A stretch of 63,944 bases of DNA, the filler included, from Asterionella formosa (Eukaryota): the NCBI GenBank assembly GCA_002256025.1. It is 9 parts of 9 records of this genome, joined end to end, with 100 filler letters (N's around TTAATTAATTAA, not from the genome) between each part and the next. Parts side by side here need not be neighbours in the genome. Positions count along the whole stretch, not along the records: positions 1 to 26,182 come from NKIB01001816.1; 8 more parts are not named here. One strand, 5' to 3'. Position 1 is the stretch's first letter, and every line of letters starts with the position of its first letter. This document shows, piece after piece, positions 11,411-24,189 of this stretch. Below the pieces are notes generated by a model, which saw only the letters and a program-made list of their open reading frames with translations, was not told the origin of the DNA and made no database searches. The translations under genes and the position numbers were made by a program.

Positions 11411-12211
11411 GCGTATCAAGATTACTGAAGTTGAACGAGAAAAAGTCGAACATTGACTACTATTCACCCCGAGAGAGAGATACAAGGGCAAGAATGACCA
11501 GTGCACAGAAATCCATGTCATGGAAACTGCGACATCAAACTGACCTGAGGAACGTAATCTAGCTATTGGTCCTCTCCCATATAACAATCCATGCATGAAA
11601 TCAAGACCCTTTTGCTCCAAGTGTGGCGAGAACACAACAGTCCTAGTCCACTTTCGGGTGCTCTAATGATGAAAATCCATGAAAAGCAGAAGCTGATTTG
11701 GAATATTAGGTGGAGATAGTACAGAAACCCAAAGTTGACAAGTTGGATCAACTTCATGCACTGCAAGGGTTTGAGAACAAACCAAGAGAAGCAATGGGCT
11801 TGTTAAGCATACATAGCTATCTTCTTGCTGACGATGATATTGGCGTTGTGACTATCGGCAAGATCATGACAGAATGGAGGACAAAGCTACTCTGAAAAGC
11901 TAGTACAGCATCATGGAATCCGTCCATGAAGACAAGGATATCTGCAAGAAGTATGGAAGTTATGCTAAGCTATTGACATTGTTATGTTGATGTTCACTTA
12001 GGACAACATAAAATAGCGCCACAGAATGCCATCCTTGGCTTGACGAAACATTTCAGTTTATCAAAGAAATTCCTGATAAATTATCAGCCATTGTGGACCC
12101 AACTGTCAGTTTCTGATAATAAGCAAGTTTTAACAGGAATATATGTGAGACAATTAAGCGTCCGGAAGGCCTTGTAAGGCGAGCCTAACAAGCAAGGATT
12201 CATGCCATTCT

Positions 12212-14360
12212 TTATATAAATGAGGGGATCGAGGACTCTGTAAGTGAAGTACTTGGAGTTGATGAAGGCAAATACCTTGGATTCCTTCTCGGTGCTTTGG
12301 TTGGAAGTTTAGAAGGTACCAAAGTCGGTGTTGCAGTAGTGGTTTTGGCAGTAGAAGGCTTAACAATTGGTGTTCCCGTAGTAGTAGTAAGATTTAGGTT
12401 TGCAATTGAAGGTTTTGCAGTAGGTTTAGAAGTTGGTGTTGCAGTAGAAGGCTTGGTAGCAGGCTTGAGAGTTGGTGTAGGCTTGATAGTAGGCTTGGAA
12501 GTTGCTGTTGTATTAGTAGATATACTAGGCGGCTTAGTTGTTGGTATTTGAGTAGTAGGTACAGCAGCTGGTGCTGGTGTAGGGCTCATTGTGACCACAG
12601 TTGAACCAGAGCAATTCGACCTTTGACTACTCAACCGAACTGAGAGATTCACATATTTTGGAACCAATGATGAGGCAGTCACAATCTCACATGTTTCTAT
12701 TGTGTAATTGTCTATCACAACAAATTGCTTTGCTGAGAGTGCCACCAGCATAGATGATTTCGACTTGCTGTCCATAGCTGTTGTAATTGTGACCAAGTTT
12801 GCCTTCTCCTTTACTTGTGCATTAAAGCCCCTAGCTAGGTTGTACTGAATGTACAGTTTTCCAACAATGATGAGAACATATTCCTGCCGTGAAGTTGATG
12901 CTTTGGTATAGTCAACAAAACCCACAAGCTTGCCTGACCAGGCCCCACTTGTTGTTGTGGGGTTCACAGTGATTTGCTTATCAGCATACCAGCCAAGGAC
13001 AAAATTCTTGTGGCCATTAAAGCACATGACTGGCGATCCTGTACCAGAGTAGGAGGAACCCATCATGCAGCTCTGATCGCCATATTCAGAGACATCCTCA
13101 CTTGAATGTTGGAGGCCTAGATTATGTCTGAACAATCAAATGAAAGTGGTAAGAGTAGAAAAAACAATATACAGTTGGGCACATGAAGGAGAGCCAATTG
13201 GAACTCACCCAATTTCATGCATTTTGGCACTGAGACTCGTGCAAAAGTCTGTGATGACAATTCATGAGAATGGAATAAGTATTCATTGCCTATTAAAAGT
13301 TGGAAATTTGCACAACAGAGCTTCAACTCACTTTCGTTATAGTATGAGTATTGACCCAAGATTGTTGTAGAACTGACCCAATTGGTTGAATTGTTTGCTC
13401 TGGATATAGTACCAATTGGCATACAAAACATGATGTTGGAGAAGGTGGTACCAAGGTTAGTAACTCCAAGTATTTTTTTGATTGAAGATATCATGTCATT
13501 GGCAAGGGAAGAGGTGTATATGCCATTTATAGATGATGGAAGGGCAAGGTCAATAACTCCATTTGTGATCATACTAGGAAATCCACTTGCTGTCGTAAAT
13601 GTTAGCTTCCCAGCCGAGCATGAGCTATACTGAGCTGCAAATGAATTCTGCTGACCTCCAGAGCCAAATGCAGCATCTGCAAGGCCTGCACGAGTATTGG
13701 ATTGGGCTGAACCTGGGGCAGCTACACGTACAATGAGTACTGTCCTGTTTCCAGTGGTCTGTACTAGTTGACGCCGACGATTTTCACGGCTTGCAACAAA
13801 GTGTATGTCAGCATTTGGTGGAATAAGAATGAAGTCTGGTTTGCCGAATTCAGTACGGATGGCAGAACCACTAATGATGCAAATTGTAGATACTCCGGAG
13901 TCTAGTTTAAACTTGTAAGCGCTGACAAAAGTAGATGGAAAGTTGATAGAATATGACATCTCCGATTCTTGTCTACCCTCCTGCATCTTATCAGTGAGAC
14001 AGCGGTAACCTGAGGATGGTATACCATCAGTTGACATGACCCTAAAGACTGCAACTTGACAGTACAGGCATTCACCGCCTACCCCGTGAACTCCAGGAGA
14101 GCCCTGCATTCGTTTGGATTGCAAGTAAGTGGTTCAGCAGTGAAGATAGTACGACTCTACACAGGATGAACGCAAAAACCACCAAGCAATCCTTGCGACA
14201 GCGAAACAGAAATACAGTGCAATCTATCGATTATACACGACTGCAAAATGTATTGACTTACATCTTGCGCCACTGCTTTGCCAAGGACAATGGTGCAAAT
14301 GGATGCGAAGACCAAGGCGGCAGCAAGTGTTCTTCGAAACATCAGATGTGGTGTTTTCAT
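12212..14360 (-). CDS. Secreted gametolysin-like zinc metallopeptidase (peptidase M11) with a C-terminal Thr/Pro-rich mucin-like stalk; multi-exon
   Basis: Signal peptide MKTPHLMFRRTLAAALVFASICTIVLG from 14360. Removing GT-AG introns 13249-13331 and 13128-13208 rebuilds YYNENFCTSLSAKMHEIGHNLGLQHS…EYGDQSCMMG (HExxHxxGxxH plus Met-turn). First intron donor at 14261; its acceptor is uncertain. Confidence 0.85.
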
Positions 14361-15107
14361 TTCGTGTTGCTCACCTCGCAAATGGCAAAATGCCCTTTGC
14401 AATTCTCGCTTCTTTCGGATTTGCTAGCCGCAAAGCGACCCAGTCTGCTCCACTACAGCTGAGTACAAATCATTATTGAGTATACTCCAAGATTTTTCTT
14501 CGGTACAAGATATGTAATATTCAACCAGGATAATGATGTTGAAATAAGATCTTATGCTGGACCATGCATGATGATCCGGTATACAAAGTAATTCAAAGCA
14601 ATGGGGTTCACCCCAGGAAGTGTCATGACGAAACAGAATTAATCCTACGACAGGTATATGAATTTCATGGAGAATTATTTACAGAACATTATGTTCAAGC
14701 GCACCTGGTAGGTGTACCTGGTACCTGGTACAGGTACCAGGTACCACCATCAGCACCGGTACAAAGAGCGATATTTAGGTCATGGTTGCAGTTGGTCTTT
14801 ATATACCCGTTATTGTCATTCATTTATCCGTAGATTCATGGGGTCACGTCAATGTACGAATCGTTGCTGAGAACCCGATCTTTCTACATCCAGTACAGCG
14901 CGTTAGTTGTGTCAACTGCCTGCAACATTTTGATACATTTAATACCTGCACCGGTAACCACATCCACGTACGCGGACAGACCGTTGTTCACTCAACTGCC
15001 ACCGTCCATCCAATGACGTACTCGTTCAAAGGGACCGGAGTACCGGTTCCATTGTTCCAGTGCGCTACCCCAGTCGTGATGACCGGTGCCTGATTGATGA
15101 TATGGCC

Positions 15108-17778
15108 ATTCCCGCACCAGCTGTCGTATTGCCATTCGGGTATTTCTAAGTAATTTTTAGGCTCTAAGTAATCGAGTCACTCTACCAGTAGATGAGTATT
15201 GTTAAGTAGCTTGTGATACGAACTCGTAGCTAGTAGAAAGGTAGCAAAGCGCGTTAGTACAAGAAAAGCATTGCTTGGCGGGAATATTGACATCATGGTC
15301 AACGACTATACCACATCTTCAAAGAGTAGGCATTGATACATACGTCGGCCCGTGTGTCGATAATTACAATCAAATCACATCGATATTGCGGAACCACAAG
15401 CAATGATGGAAGCAATCAAAACGGGCCTTGGAAGCAATCAAATCGGAAATTCGACAATTAGTATCTACGATCACATTCAGTGTTTCACTGTTGTACTCAC
15501 CGATCCGCTCTAACAAGTGTAACACACAGCAGACGATGGGCTCATGAGAAAGTCGAAAGTTCCTGTTGCAAGCCCGAATTGAGCAACGGCAGGCAGGATA
15601 GAGTGAGAATTATAATTGTGAGGACGAAATCGGGCACATGGTACGTAAAATCAATCAATATGTGAACGATACAATTTATCATTCTGGTCTCGTAAAGATA
15701 ATACCGAGTCTTCAGCGATAATATTATAATGTGTTCAAAGTAATGGTCTCATGCCTGCGAGTATACATGTGTACTCGGCTGGGATGGCACTCGCAGAGGT
15801 GACCTTCTTGCAGCGCCGGGCATGTAGCCACTGAGAAGGGTATTGTTGAGGCAATTCACAAACTAGCTATCGTCGAGCCATTCGCTTACTTACTGCTCAC
15901 TCATTGAGTGTAAATGACAATTTAAGCTCACAATAGCAGCCCATCAGCATATAAAATATATTTTGTATATTTCCTATCTTCACATCGAAATTTGCAATGA
16001 GTCCAATATTGCCCATCATTAAAATATATTTTGGATATTTCCTATCTTCGCATTTTCGCATTACAATTTGTATCAATCGCCCCTCGGGTTTCCAGTCCTG
16101 GGACCGCCGAAATAGGCAAGGGGTCTGCTTAAGGAAACCGTTTTATATACTATTCAGATTTGAATAATTTATATCTAGAATTCACCTCGTTTTTGTTTGT
16201 CTCCTGAAAAGTGGACTCCGGCAATTCACCTTTCACCATGCCGATCGTCGTCCATCATGACCGGTTTGAAGCGAAATCAGTTCACTGATGACGCCAGTAG
16301 CAATTCGTTGTCTATCGGATGCGGTTGGTTGTTGTTGTGCTTGTCTTCTCGAGGGATTCATGTAGTCGCATCGTCCATATTTCGTCGGACGAACGATGAT
16401 ATCGATACATCTGATGTTGGCAGCAAGTTTTTGCTCCGGTCATGCATGTGATGATGCTTAACGGATATTCTACCGGTAGTCATCTGGCCTACATACGTAC
16501 GTGGTACTGACAACAACCATGCATGGTTTAAGCTGAACTTTAACGCTTACTTTGAACACATTATAATATTATCGCTGAAGACTCGGTATTATCTTTACGA
16601 GACCAGAATGATAAATTGTATCGTTCACATATTGATTGATTTTACGTACCATGTGCCCGATTTCGTCCTCACAATTATAATTCTCACTCTATCCTGCCTG
16701 CCGTTGCTCAATTCGGGCTTGCAACAGGAACTTTCGACTTTCTCATGAGCCCATCGTCTGCTGTGTGTTACGCTTGTTAGAGCGGATCGGTGAGTACAAC
16801 AGTGAAACACTGAATGTGATCGAAGATACAAAATTGTCGAAGTTCCGTTTTGATTGCTTCCATGGTCCATTTTGATCGCTTCCATCGTCGTTTGTCGTTC
16901 CACACTGTCGTTTTGTTTCGATTGTATCTAGATAAGAGCCAATGTATTTATCGATGACTACTCTTTGGCGACATATTGTTGTTGATCATATTTGCTGATT
17001 TGTATAGTCATTTACCATGATGTCAATATTGCCGCCAAGCAATGCTTTTCTTGTACTAACGCCTTTTGCTACCTTTATACTAGTACGAGTTTGTATCACA
17101 AGCTACGTAAAAATTCTCAGCTAAAGAGAGTCGATAGTGCTGTTGCAGCGTGGCAATCACGCTTGCACAGAATGGAATGATCAGGGTTGCTTGTTTGGTG
17201 GGCGGAGGAATGATGACAGTGGCGGAAATACTGCTACTGGTGTCAGGCTACTACAGCGATGCGCATGGTTGCAGCAACCAGACCATTTACGCTACATAAC
17301 AATGCAGGTCTAAATTGGGTTCATCGGTTTTTTCTTCTTCTTTCGGTCTTCGATTGTGTGGTGATGGAAAGTAAAGCAATGTTGCCTGTGTAAGTGCTAC
17401 AATGATTCACAATGCATACGTCTCCATTGAAACTCCTATTTTTTACTTCATTTCTAACCCAATACAATTTTTTCTATTTCTTATTTGATGCAACTTATTA
17501 CATCGCATTTCATACTTTGGTTGCTCCAAACATCATGTTCAATTTTCATTGATGTTGCATGTTGTTACAATCATTCTCGAGTGTTTTATGCTTGTTGTAC
17601 CATCTCCATGCATATTACCGTTATTCTGGTTGTCATGCTAAAAATCAGCAATTTTAATTCCGAAAAATTCGATGTGCCCCATATTGCCCCTAAATAAATA
17701 TTAGTTAAGAAATTAATTAGAGCCTAAAAATTGCTTAGAAGTACCCAAATGGCAAGATGATAGCTGGAGCGGGAATTG
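15108..17778. repeat. Large imperfect inverted repeat (fold-back or non-autonomous TIR element)
   Basis: 15206-15743 is the reverse complement of about 16547-17106; outer termini 15108-15172 match about 17712-17778; about 800-bp spacer; about 600 bp of extra sequence in the right arm. Confidence 0.9.
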
Positions 17779-17779
17779 C

Positions 17780-20700
17780 TGACTGATACACCAGTTGAGC
17801 AAACCGACTTCTCGGAATACAAATAGGAATTACTTCCTACGTTTAAAACTTGTTGACTATGAATAGCATCTGCTTACTACGTGTAGACTTTGCTGACAAC
17901 GACTAGAAATTGCTGAACAATACAAATAGATTTTCTGAATAACCCTTTTGAATTGAAGTTTATTTATAAACAAATGCAACCTGGCGTACTCCTGAAAGAC
18001 TTGATAGCACTATGAGAAAACATTTAGTTATATCGACATACATGGTCACAGTCATGATCACGCCTTGTGAAACAGCCAACATTTGTGACAAATCAGCACA
18101 TACTGTGACCAGTATATATTGAAACTATATTTTATCTTTTAGAGATTGGCATCATTGAATGATCGCTTTAAGTGGTCATTTTCATCTCCCATTGGGGTGT
18201 CATATCTCCAAACTGGAGGGTTACCTATGCAGCAGCTTGTGCGGGTTTGGCACTTGCTGTTGCAGGATGTACTTTTGCTGCTGCACCCGGTGTAATGACG
18301 TCTTGAAGTTTGTTGTGGAGACGCTTCCATGTGGTCCTCGTCTGACTATTCAGATTCCTTGCTGTTCGGAGGTTTTGAGTCAGAATCAGATTCCTGGCTG
18401 GCAGAAGGATTTGATTCCGGCGAGACTGATTTGGTTTTTCCCGTTTTGCTCACAAGTTTTGCGTACGCCTTCCAATATTTGCTAAGTATTCAATCGTCAG
18501 CCTCTTGAACATCATAAACATTACTGCTGGTACATTTTGTTTCATTCTCTGTTTGAAAATTTCATTTAGTAATTCATTGGCATTTTCAAAATGACCCTTC
18601 TTACGATTACTGATCCATTTGGCTGGTGACTACATATAATTAGAATTTGCTGACTACGACTAGAGCTTCCTGACTACGAGTAGAAGCTACTGACTAAGCC
18701 TAAAAGTTGCTGATTGATGCACCAGTCTAGCAAACCGTCCTCCAGATTTTGAATACTCTTGGACGGGTACTGATCGTAGGTGCACACAACTTGGAGTTTT
18801 AGAACACGACTTGGATTTACAGAATGACTATTTAACGGCAAAGTTAATTACTTCAGGAATATTTTTAATGGAAAGCTCGCCTTTTTCGTTTGGCTTGCAT
18901 GGGCAACGAGCCATCAGGAGTGAGGCGAAACTGAAAAGATGCGCGTAAAACGCGACTAACGGGACCTTCCTGGAAGGTCCTGTAACGCACGTTTAATGCT
19001 CACCTTTTCAGTTTCAACTCACTCCCAATGATTTGTCCCATGCCTGCCAGACGAGGTAGGCCAGCAGCTTCGATGGAAATAATATTCCATAAACATTAAT
19101 CTTATTGACCAATGACGATTTGCAGAATCAGTAACTGAACATGACTCGGATTTGCTGACTGATGAACCGGTTCAGGAAAAAATGCCTTAGTTGCATCACA
19201 AATGTGTCCGAAAATGCGCAATGAGTTAGTCAGGGGAATTCATGCCGTAGGAATTTTCTAGTCGCGTAAAAAATAGCTAAGCAATGCAATGCTGCTGTAT
19301 CTACATGAATGTCGATATTTAAATTCAAAATGAGCTGCTCAAGATTCCATAGAAATATTAACCACGACAATCAATACGTGAATGATAATCAGTACAAAAT
19401 TATACATTGAGGTGTTTTCTTTCATTTTGAGATGTTGCGCCCTCTCCGAGATTTCTATCCTTCAAGTTTTCTCAGCTATTCGTACAAAAGATCGAAATAA
19501 TTATCTAATAAAATTTATCAAGGTAGTTACGGCGGACTCAACAATGTCTGGTTTTGTTGGTATCCTCTAAACTGAGAGAACGACGACGACAGCAAATTCT
19601 AGCGGCAATTTCAATTTTTGTTATCAATGCTATTGCAATTTTTTTAATTGAACGATTATCTCATCTATGTTTGGTTAGATAAATGTTCGAAATAGAAATA
19701 GTAGTACATTGTCAATTTTCATTGAGAAATTCGTTCCAATAAGGTAGCCATGGTGGTCAAGACAAGCTGTTTATTCATCGACCTGCATACACAAGGCAGT
19801 ACAAATCAAATTTACTTATGTATGTGAAACCTATATAATATTCCGGAATAAATATTCGTAAATTTTGAACTGGTACCAGTATTCCTAGTACATATGAAAC
19901 AATGATGCAAAGGTTGAGATGCCAGTAAACCGTCTTCTGCCTAGCTTTGTAATACAAATACGAATCATCTCTTTCTACGTTCAGAACTTGCTGATAACGA
20001 CTAGAACTTGCTGACAACCACTAGAACTTACGAATAAAAAGAGATTATTTGAATGACCATTATGGCTGCCTATGAAATAGATTCATGAACAGACACATAT
20101 TAGCTAGGTAACATTATATCTATATATATGGTGGTCTATATACATGGTCACAGCCATTATCACGCCTGATGCAACAGCCTACCAGGGTACCCTGGTACCT
20201 CCATATTTGCAATATCATACATATCACATATCACTTACTGGTAGCTATGGCTGGGATATTTGATATGCTCAGGAAGGTACCCAAAGTCGCCCTTGCAGCC
20301 GCTAGCATATTCTTACTTAGCCTAGATGTTGCAATTTGCTTCTATATATAAAACACTACAGTGTAGTCGTTGAGAGCGACTGTAGAATACTGCATCATGT
20401 CATCTCAGCCTTGACTATGACGAAAATAACGAATTTCTCCATGAAAAATGAAAACGACGCTTTGGTTTTTTGGTACATATATTAAACACGACATAGACAA
20501 TATCATCGTGAAAGAATTAATTTAATAACACTAATATTGACAACGAAAACAGAAGTCGCCAATGGCACTTTTTCCATGTAATTTATGGAAGCGCAATTGA
20601 AAACGATGATGATACGAACAGATTTGGCGCTTTCGCAGTATGCAACACTCTGCATTACAGTAATATGCTGTAGGTCGAAGCGAATTTTGTTTGATTCTCT

Positions 20701-21160
20701 ATTTGAATTATATCAAATAACCCTAACATTTTCAAAATGACTTTTTTGTTTACAATTTATGGTCCAGTTGGTGTCTACTACATACGACTAGAAATCTGCT
20801 GACAATGACTAGAACTTACTGACAATGATTAGAAATTGCTGACAACGACTAGAATTTTGTGACTATACTAACTAGAAATTGCTGACTACGACTAGAAGTT
20901 GCTGATTGGTGAACCTTATAAGCAAACCTTCTTCCAGTTGCTGACTACCATTACCTGTAGTAAGCGGTGAACAAGATTTTGATGATCAGAACACAACTTG
21001 GATTTAATTGATGATCATTTAACATTATAGAAAGTTCCTCAAGAGATTTTGGAATGGAAAGCCAGCTACCTCATCCGGTAGGCATGGGATGAGTCATTGG
21101 AAGTGAGTCGAAACTCAATAAGTGCGGATAAAATATGCACTAATACCGGGCCTTCCTGGT
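17780..21160. repeat. Composite degenerate repeat region with 20-bp tandem units (GACTAGAARTTGCTGACWAC), direct duplications and a central palindrome
   Basis: Unit arrays at about 17890-17915, 18640-18715, 19984-20030 and 20785-20905. 17880-18080 resembles 19990-20183; 18580-18975 resembles 20727-21160. Palindrome centred on 18971. Confidence 0.8.
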
Positions 21161-22623
21161 GATGGTACAAGTACCAGCAAGTTGCAATAATTTCGCTAAA
21201 TGGAAAACGTGATGCAGGAGAAGGCGCTCAAAAAGACAAAATAGAGAACCTCATCAGCTCTCTCTTTGAATTGAGAGTATCACGACTTGTTAGTGACATT
21301 AATAATAATTTCGTCTAAACACGGAAACGTCAAAACAAGGCAAAAGCCTGAAAAAAGAAAATGACAATGACTGGGCAATAGAGGCGCAGCCCAAGGCGAA
21401 AGTAAGCAATTATTGCCAACTTTGCTTTTTCTCTCCAAAGCACTCGGAAGCGGTTGCATATAATTATTTAGTTTAGATTATTCGATTCTTTATTTATACC
21501 ATTATAGCACTACGCAGTAGCTGTACAACGACTACAGACGACTGAAACAATAACATGATTAATTAAAGTAAAAGACGTCAAAAAAATTATTTGTTAGCTT
21601 AGATATGATTGCTTGGATCAACGCTGCAAAAAGGATGCATTGTGACATAGCTAGAAATGATGGAAGCGTGATGGAGATGAGATTTCATAACTGCTTGCTT
21701 ATCAGTATAAGTATCGGTATACAATATATCTATATGTTATCTTCATTATGTAGTCGATAGTCGACATACCTGGATACCCCAGTAACACGAGAGCATGTAG
21801 TGTACATAGTACATAGTTTATAATAGTTATATCGGGTTGTTGGTATGATGATGATGCTGGCAGTTACGAATTTTCCAATCCCAACAACTTTGAGACCGTT
21901 AATTAAGATAGGTTGTTTTCCTCACTTCCACTGGAGAAGGAGAACAATTTTGAGTTTGGAGAGAATAAGGCAAAGTAAGCAAGACTTCGTCTGCAAATTA
22001 AAAGTATCGTCTATGTAGGATCAGGATATCATACGCCAAATGGCACAGGATTTTTCACTTTATGATACTTTTATGATGATATGTATTAGACGATATATTG
22101 AAATTATATGATCAGATGATCATCATTGGCCGTAGGATGCATCATACGAATATGATGATTTCTATTTGCAGACACTCCTTACTTTTGCTTTGGGCCGCCC
22201 CTCTATTGCCCCAGTCATTTTTGTGCATTGACGTTTCCCTGTTTTGAAGAATAAAATTAGCATAAGAGGCGATCTTAACAGAGATGAAAAAAATGTTGCT
22301 CGGCCCAACTTCTTGTATCTCGGACATCCGGAAGGTATGTTGCTTCCAGCAACACATTTTTTGTTGTTCCGAAATGTGTATCTGTGTGTATCGCTGCAAA
22401 TACAGCATTAGGCAACACTCATTTTATAAATTGAAATCGATGTCATGTATTTAAATCAATCAGAAAAGACACCATTTGGATATCTAACAACAACAATAAA
22501 AAGAGTTTTCGGAGGAGGGATCAACAGCAATTATCATTCCTACTCATGTAATTATGATTTTCATGACTGGTAAACTACTTAAGCTTCAAGTAATTGTTGT
22601 TGCTGATGCTGCTACTTCTCACC

Positions 22624-24123
22624 ATGGCATAATTTGATTCTTCAGACAATGAAACTTTCTCTGCACCAAGGAAACTGGATGACCAGTGGGTTACAAGTAT
22701 CACTGATGCTGATTTTTTCACTGATGGCAAAGGATCTTTGACAATGATAAAGGACGTGTTCTTTCAACAGATATCCTTACAACAACTTTGTTGTATTTGT
22801 GTTTACTTTAATGTTGCCGGATACAAAAAACAAAACAAAGGCAATTTCTATTACACAAATTAAGAATTGGTTAAAGACTTTTGATATGATGGGGTACAAC
22901 AGAAGATCATCCAAAAACAGAAGCAGCATCTGAAAAAAGGAGCTCACTTTACTCGTGCTGAATTGTCAGCAAGGAAGTCTCCTCACCTACTATCAAAGCA
23001 ACTTTCTGCCACCACCAGAAGAAGATAATGTCAATGATCATTCTAGTACAGATTCCGAATTATTTCCTTCTCAATTGTCTGTTTTTTCATCTCCAGTCCC
23101 TGCCAATATTTTATTGGATGATGAATCTGAAAAGTCCCAGATTATCAATAAGAAATGTGGACGACCTCCCAAGTATATGAAAAAAGAAATGCTGCAGCTA
23201 CTCCCAAATATGGTAAGAAGAAAGGCACATACATACTACTGAGTCATTAATGTACTCTTTGATGAGAAACATCGTCAAGATGTTTTGGATCTTGTGAATA
23301 CACCAACTATCAGTGAAGTGGATAGAAAGAAATTTCCCCATAAAGCAGTTGTTTGGGACAAGATATTGGATACCTACATGGACATAGACAATGATACAGT
23401 TGGATCCATGGCATTCAAACACAACCAGTTTGAATACCATGGAATTGATGATAACTACCCCCTCAATTTGGAAATGTTGGATAGCAACAATTGTCAGAGG
23501 TTATGGAATTTCTAAATGCGCATTACAAGATCTGTTTCAATAATAACAAAGTTTCTGGTCAACAGGACAATTTTTACCATTTCAATCAAAAACAGTCTTA
23601 TTGTTTGTACTATCATTTATGGCTTCAACAGGTGCCACATTTCTGCGCCTACTCAGTGCCAATGTTAAGTGATGGTGTTGCTATGGACAGTCTTATTCAC
23701 ATTCCTGCAGAGGATGATGTTGCCAAGCTACCTGTTCAACGAAGAAAAGGTAGAAAATATGGCAGCAATGAGTTTGAAAACACATCCAAACAAGTGGTCG
23801 ACGCGCTTATAGAACTTTCAAAAGCAAATGAGCGCCGTACACAAATGACACTTGCCTCTCAAAGCTCCAATGCAGAATTTTCTCGAGCAACTTTTCTTTG
23901 TAAAACAAGAGAAGGAACTAATGGATGTTGTAAGTATGTACCGCGAAAACTTAAAGGAAGCTCGGACTGAAGTGTCACAAAAATGTGATGGTAAAGAGTA
24001 TCAAGAGAATGTCAGTTTTGTTGAATTTTTTGAAGCCAAACGTTTTGAAGGTATGGATGCACTGACCAAGAATTCTGTAGCTCTCATACAAACAGTTGAA
24101 GAGGATGCATCTATTCATAATTA
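22624..24123 (+). pseudogene. Decayed accessory ORF of a PIF/Harbinger element, convergent with the transposase
   Basis: Chain of overlapping ORFs (22955-23242, 23285-23515, 23491-23970, 23852-24124) joined by frameshifts; tail-to-tail with a Harbinger transposase, the usual two-ORF layout. Confidence 0.55.
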
Positions 24124-24189
24124 GGTTAACAATTATATTTCTACTTAGTTCTTGTTATTACCAAATTCCTTCCAGTTATAGTTTGTATG

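Noticed and set aside
12297..12551. Val/Gly-rich 'membrane' ORFs (also 62589-63281 and 11138-11350)
   Set aside because: Antisense shadows of Pro/Thr-rich coding repeats
15480..16903. Two identical small ORFs (…HCCTHRSALTSV…) on opposite strands as duplicated genes
   Set aside because: By-product of the inverted repeat; non-ATG starts and no recognisable domain
18640..20905. 20-bp repeats as a CRISPR array
   Set aside because: Units are head-to-tail with no unique spacers, no cas genes are present, and the context is eukaryotic
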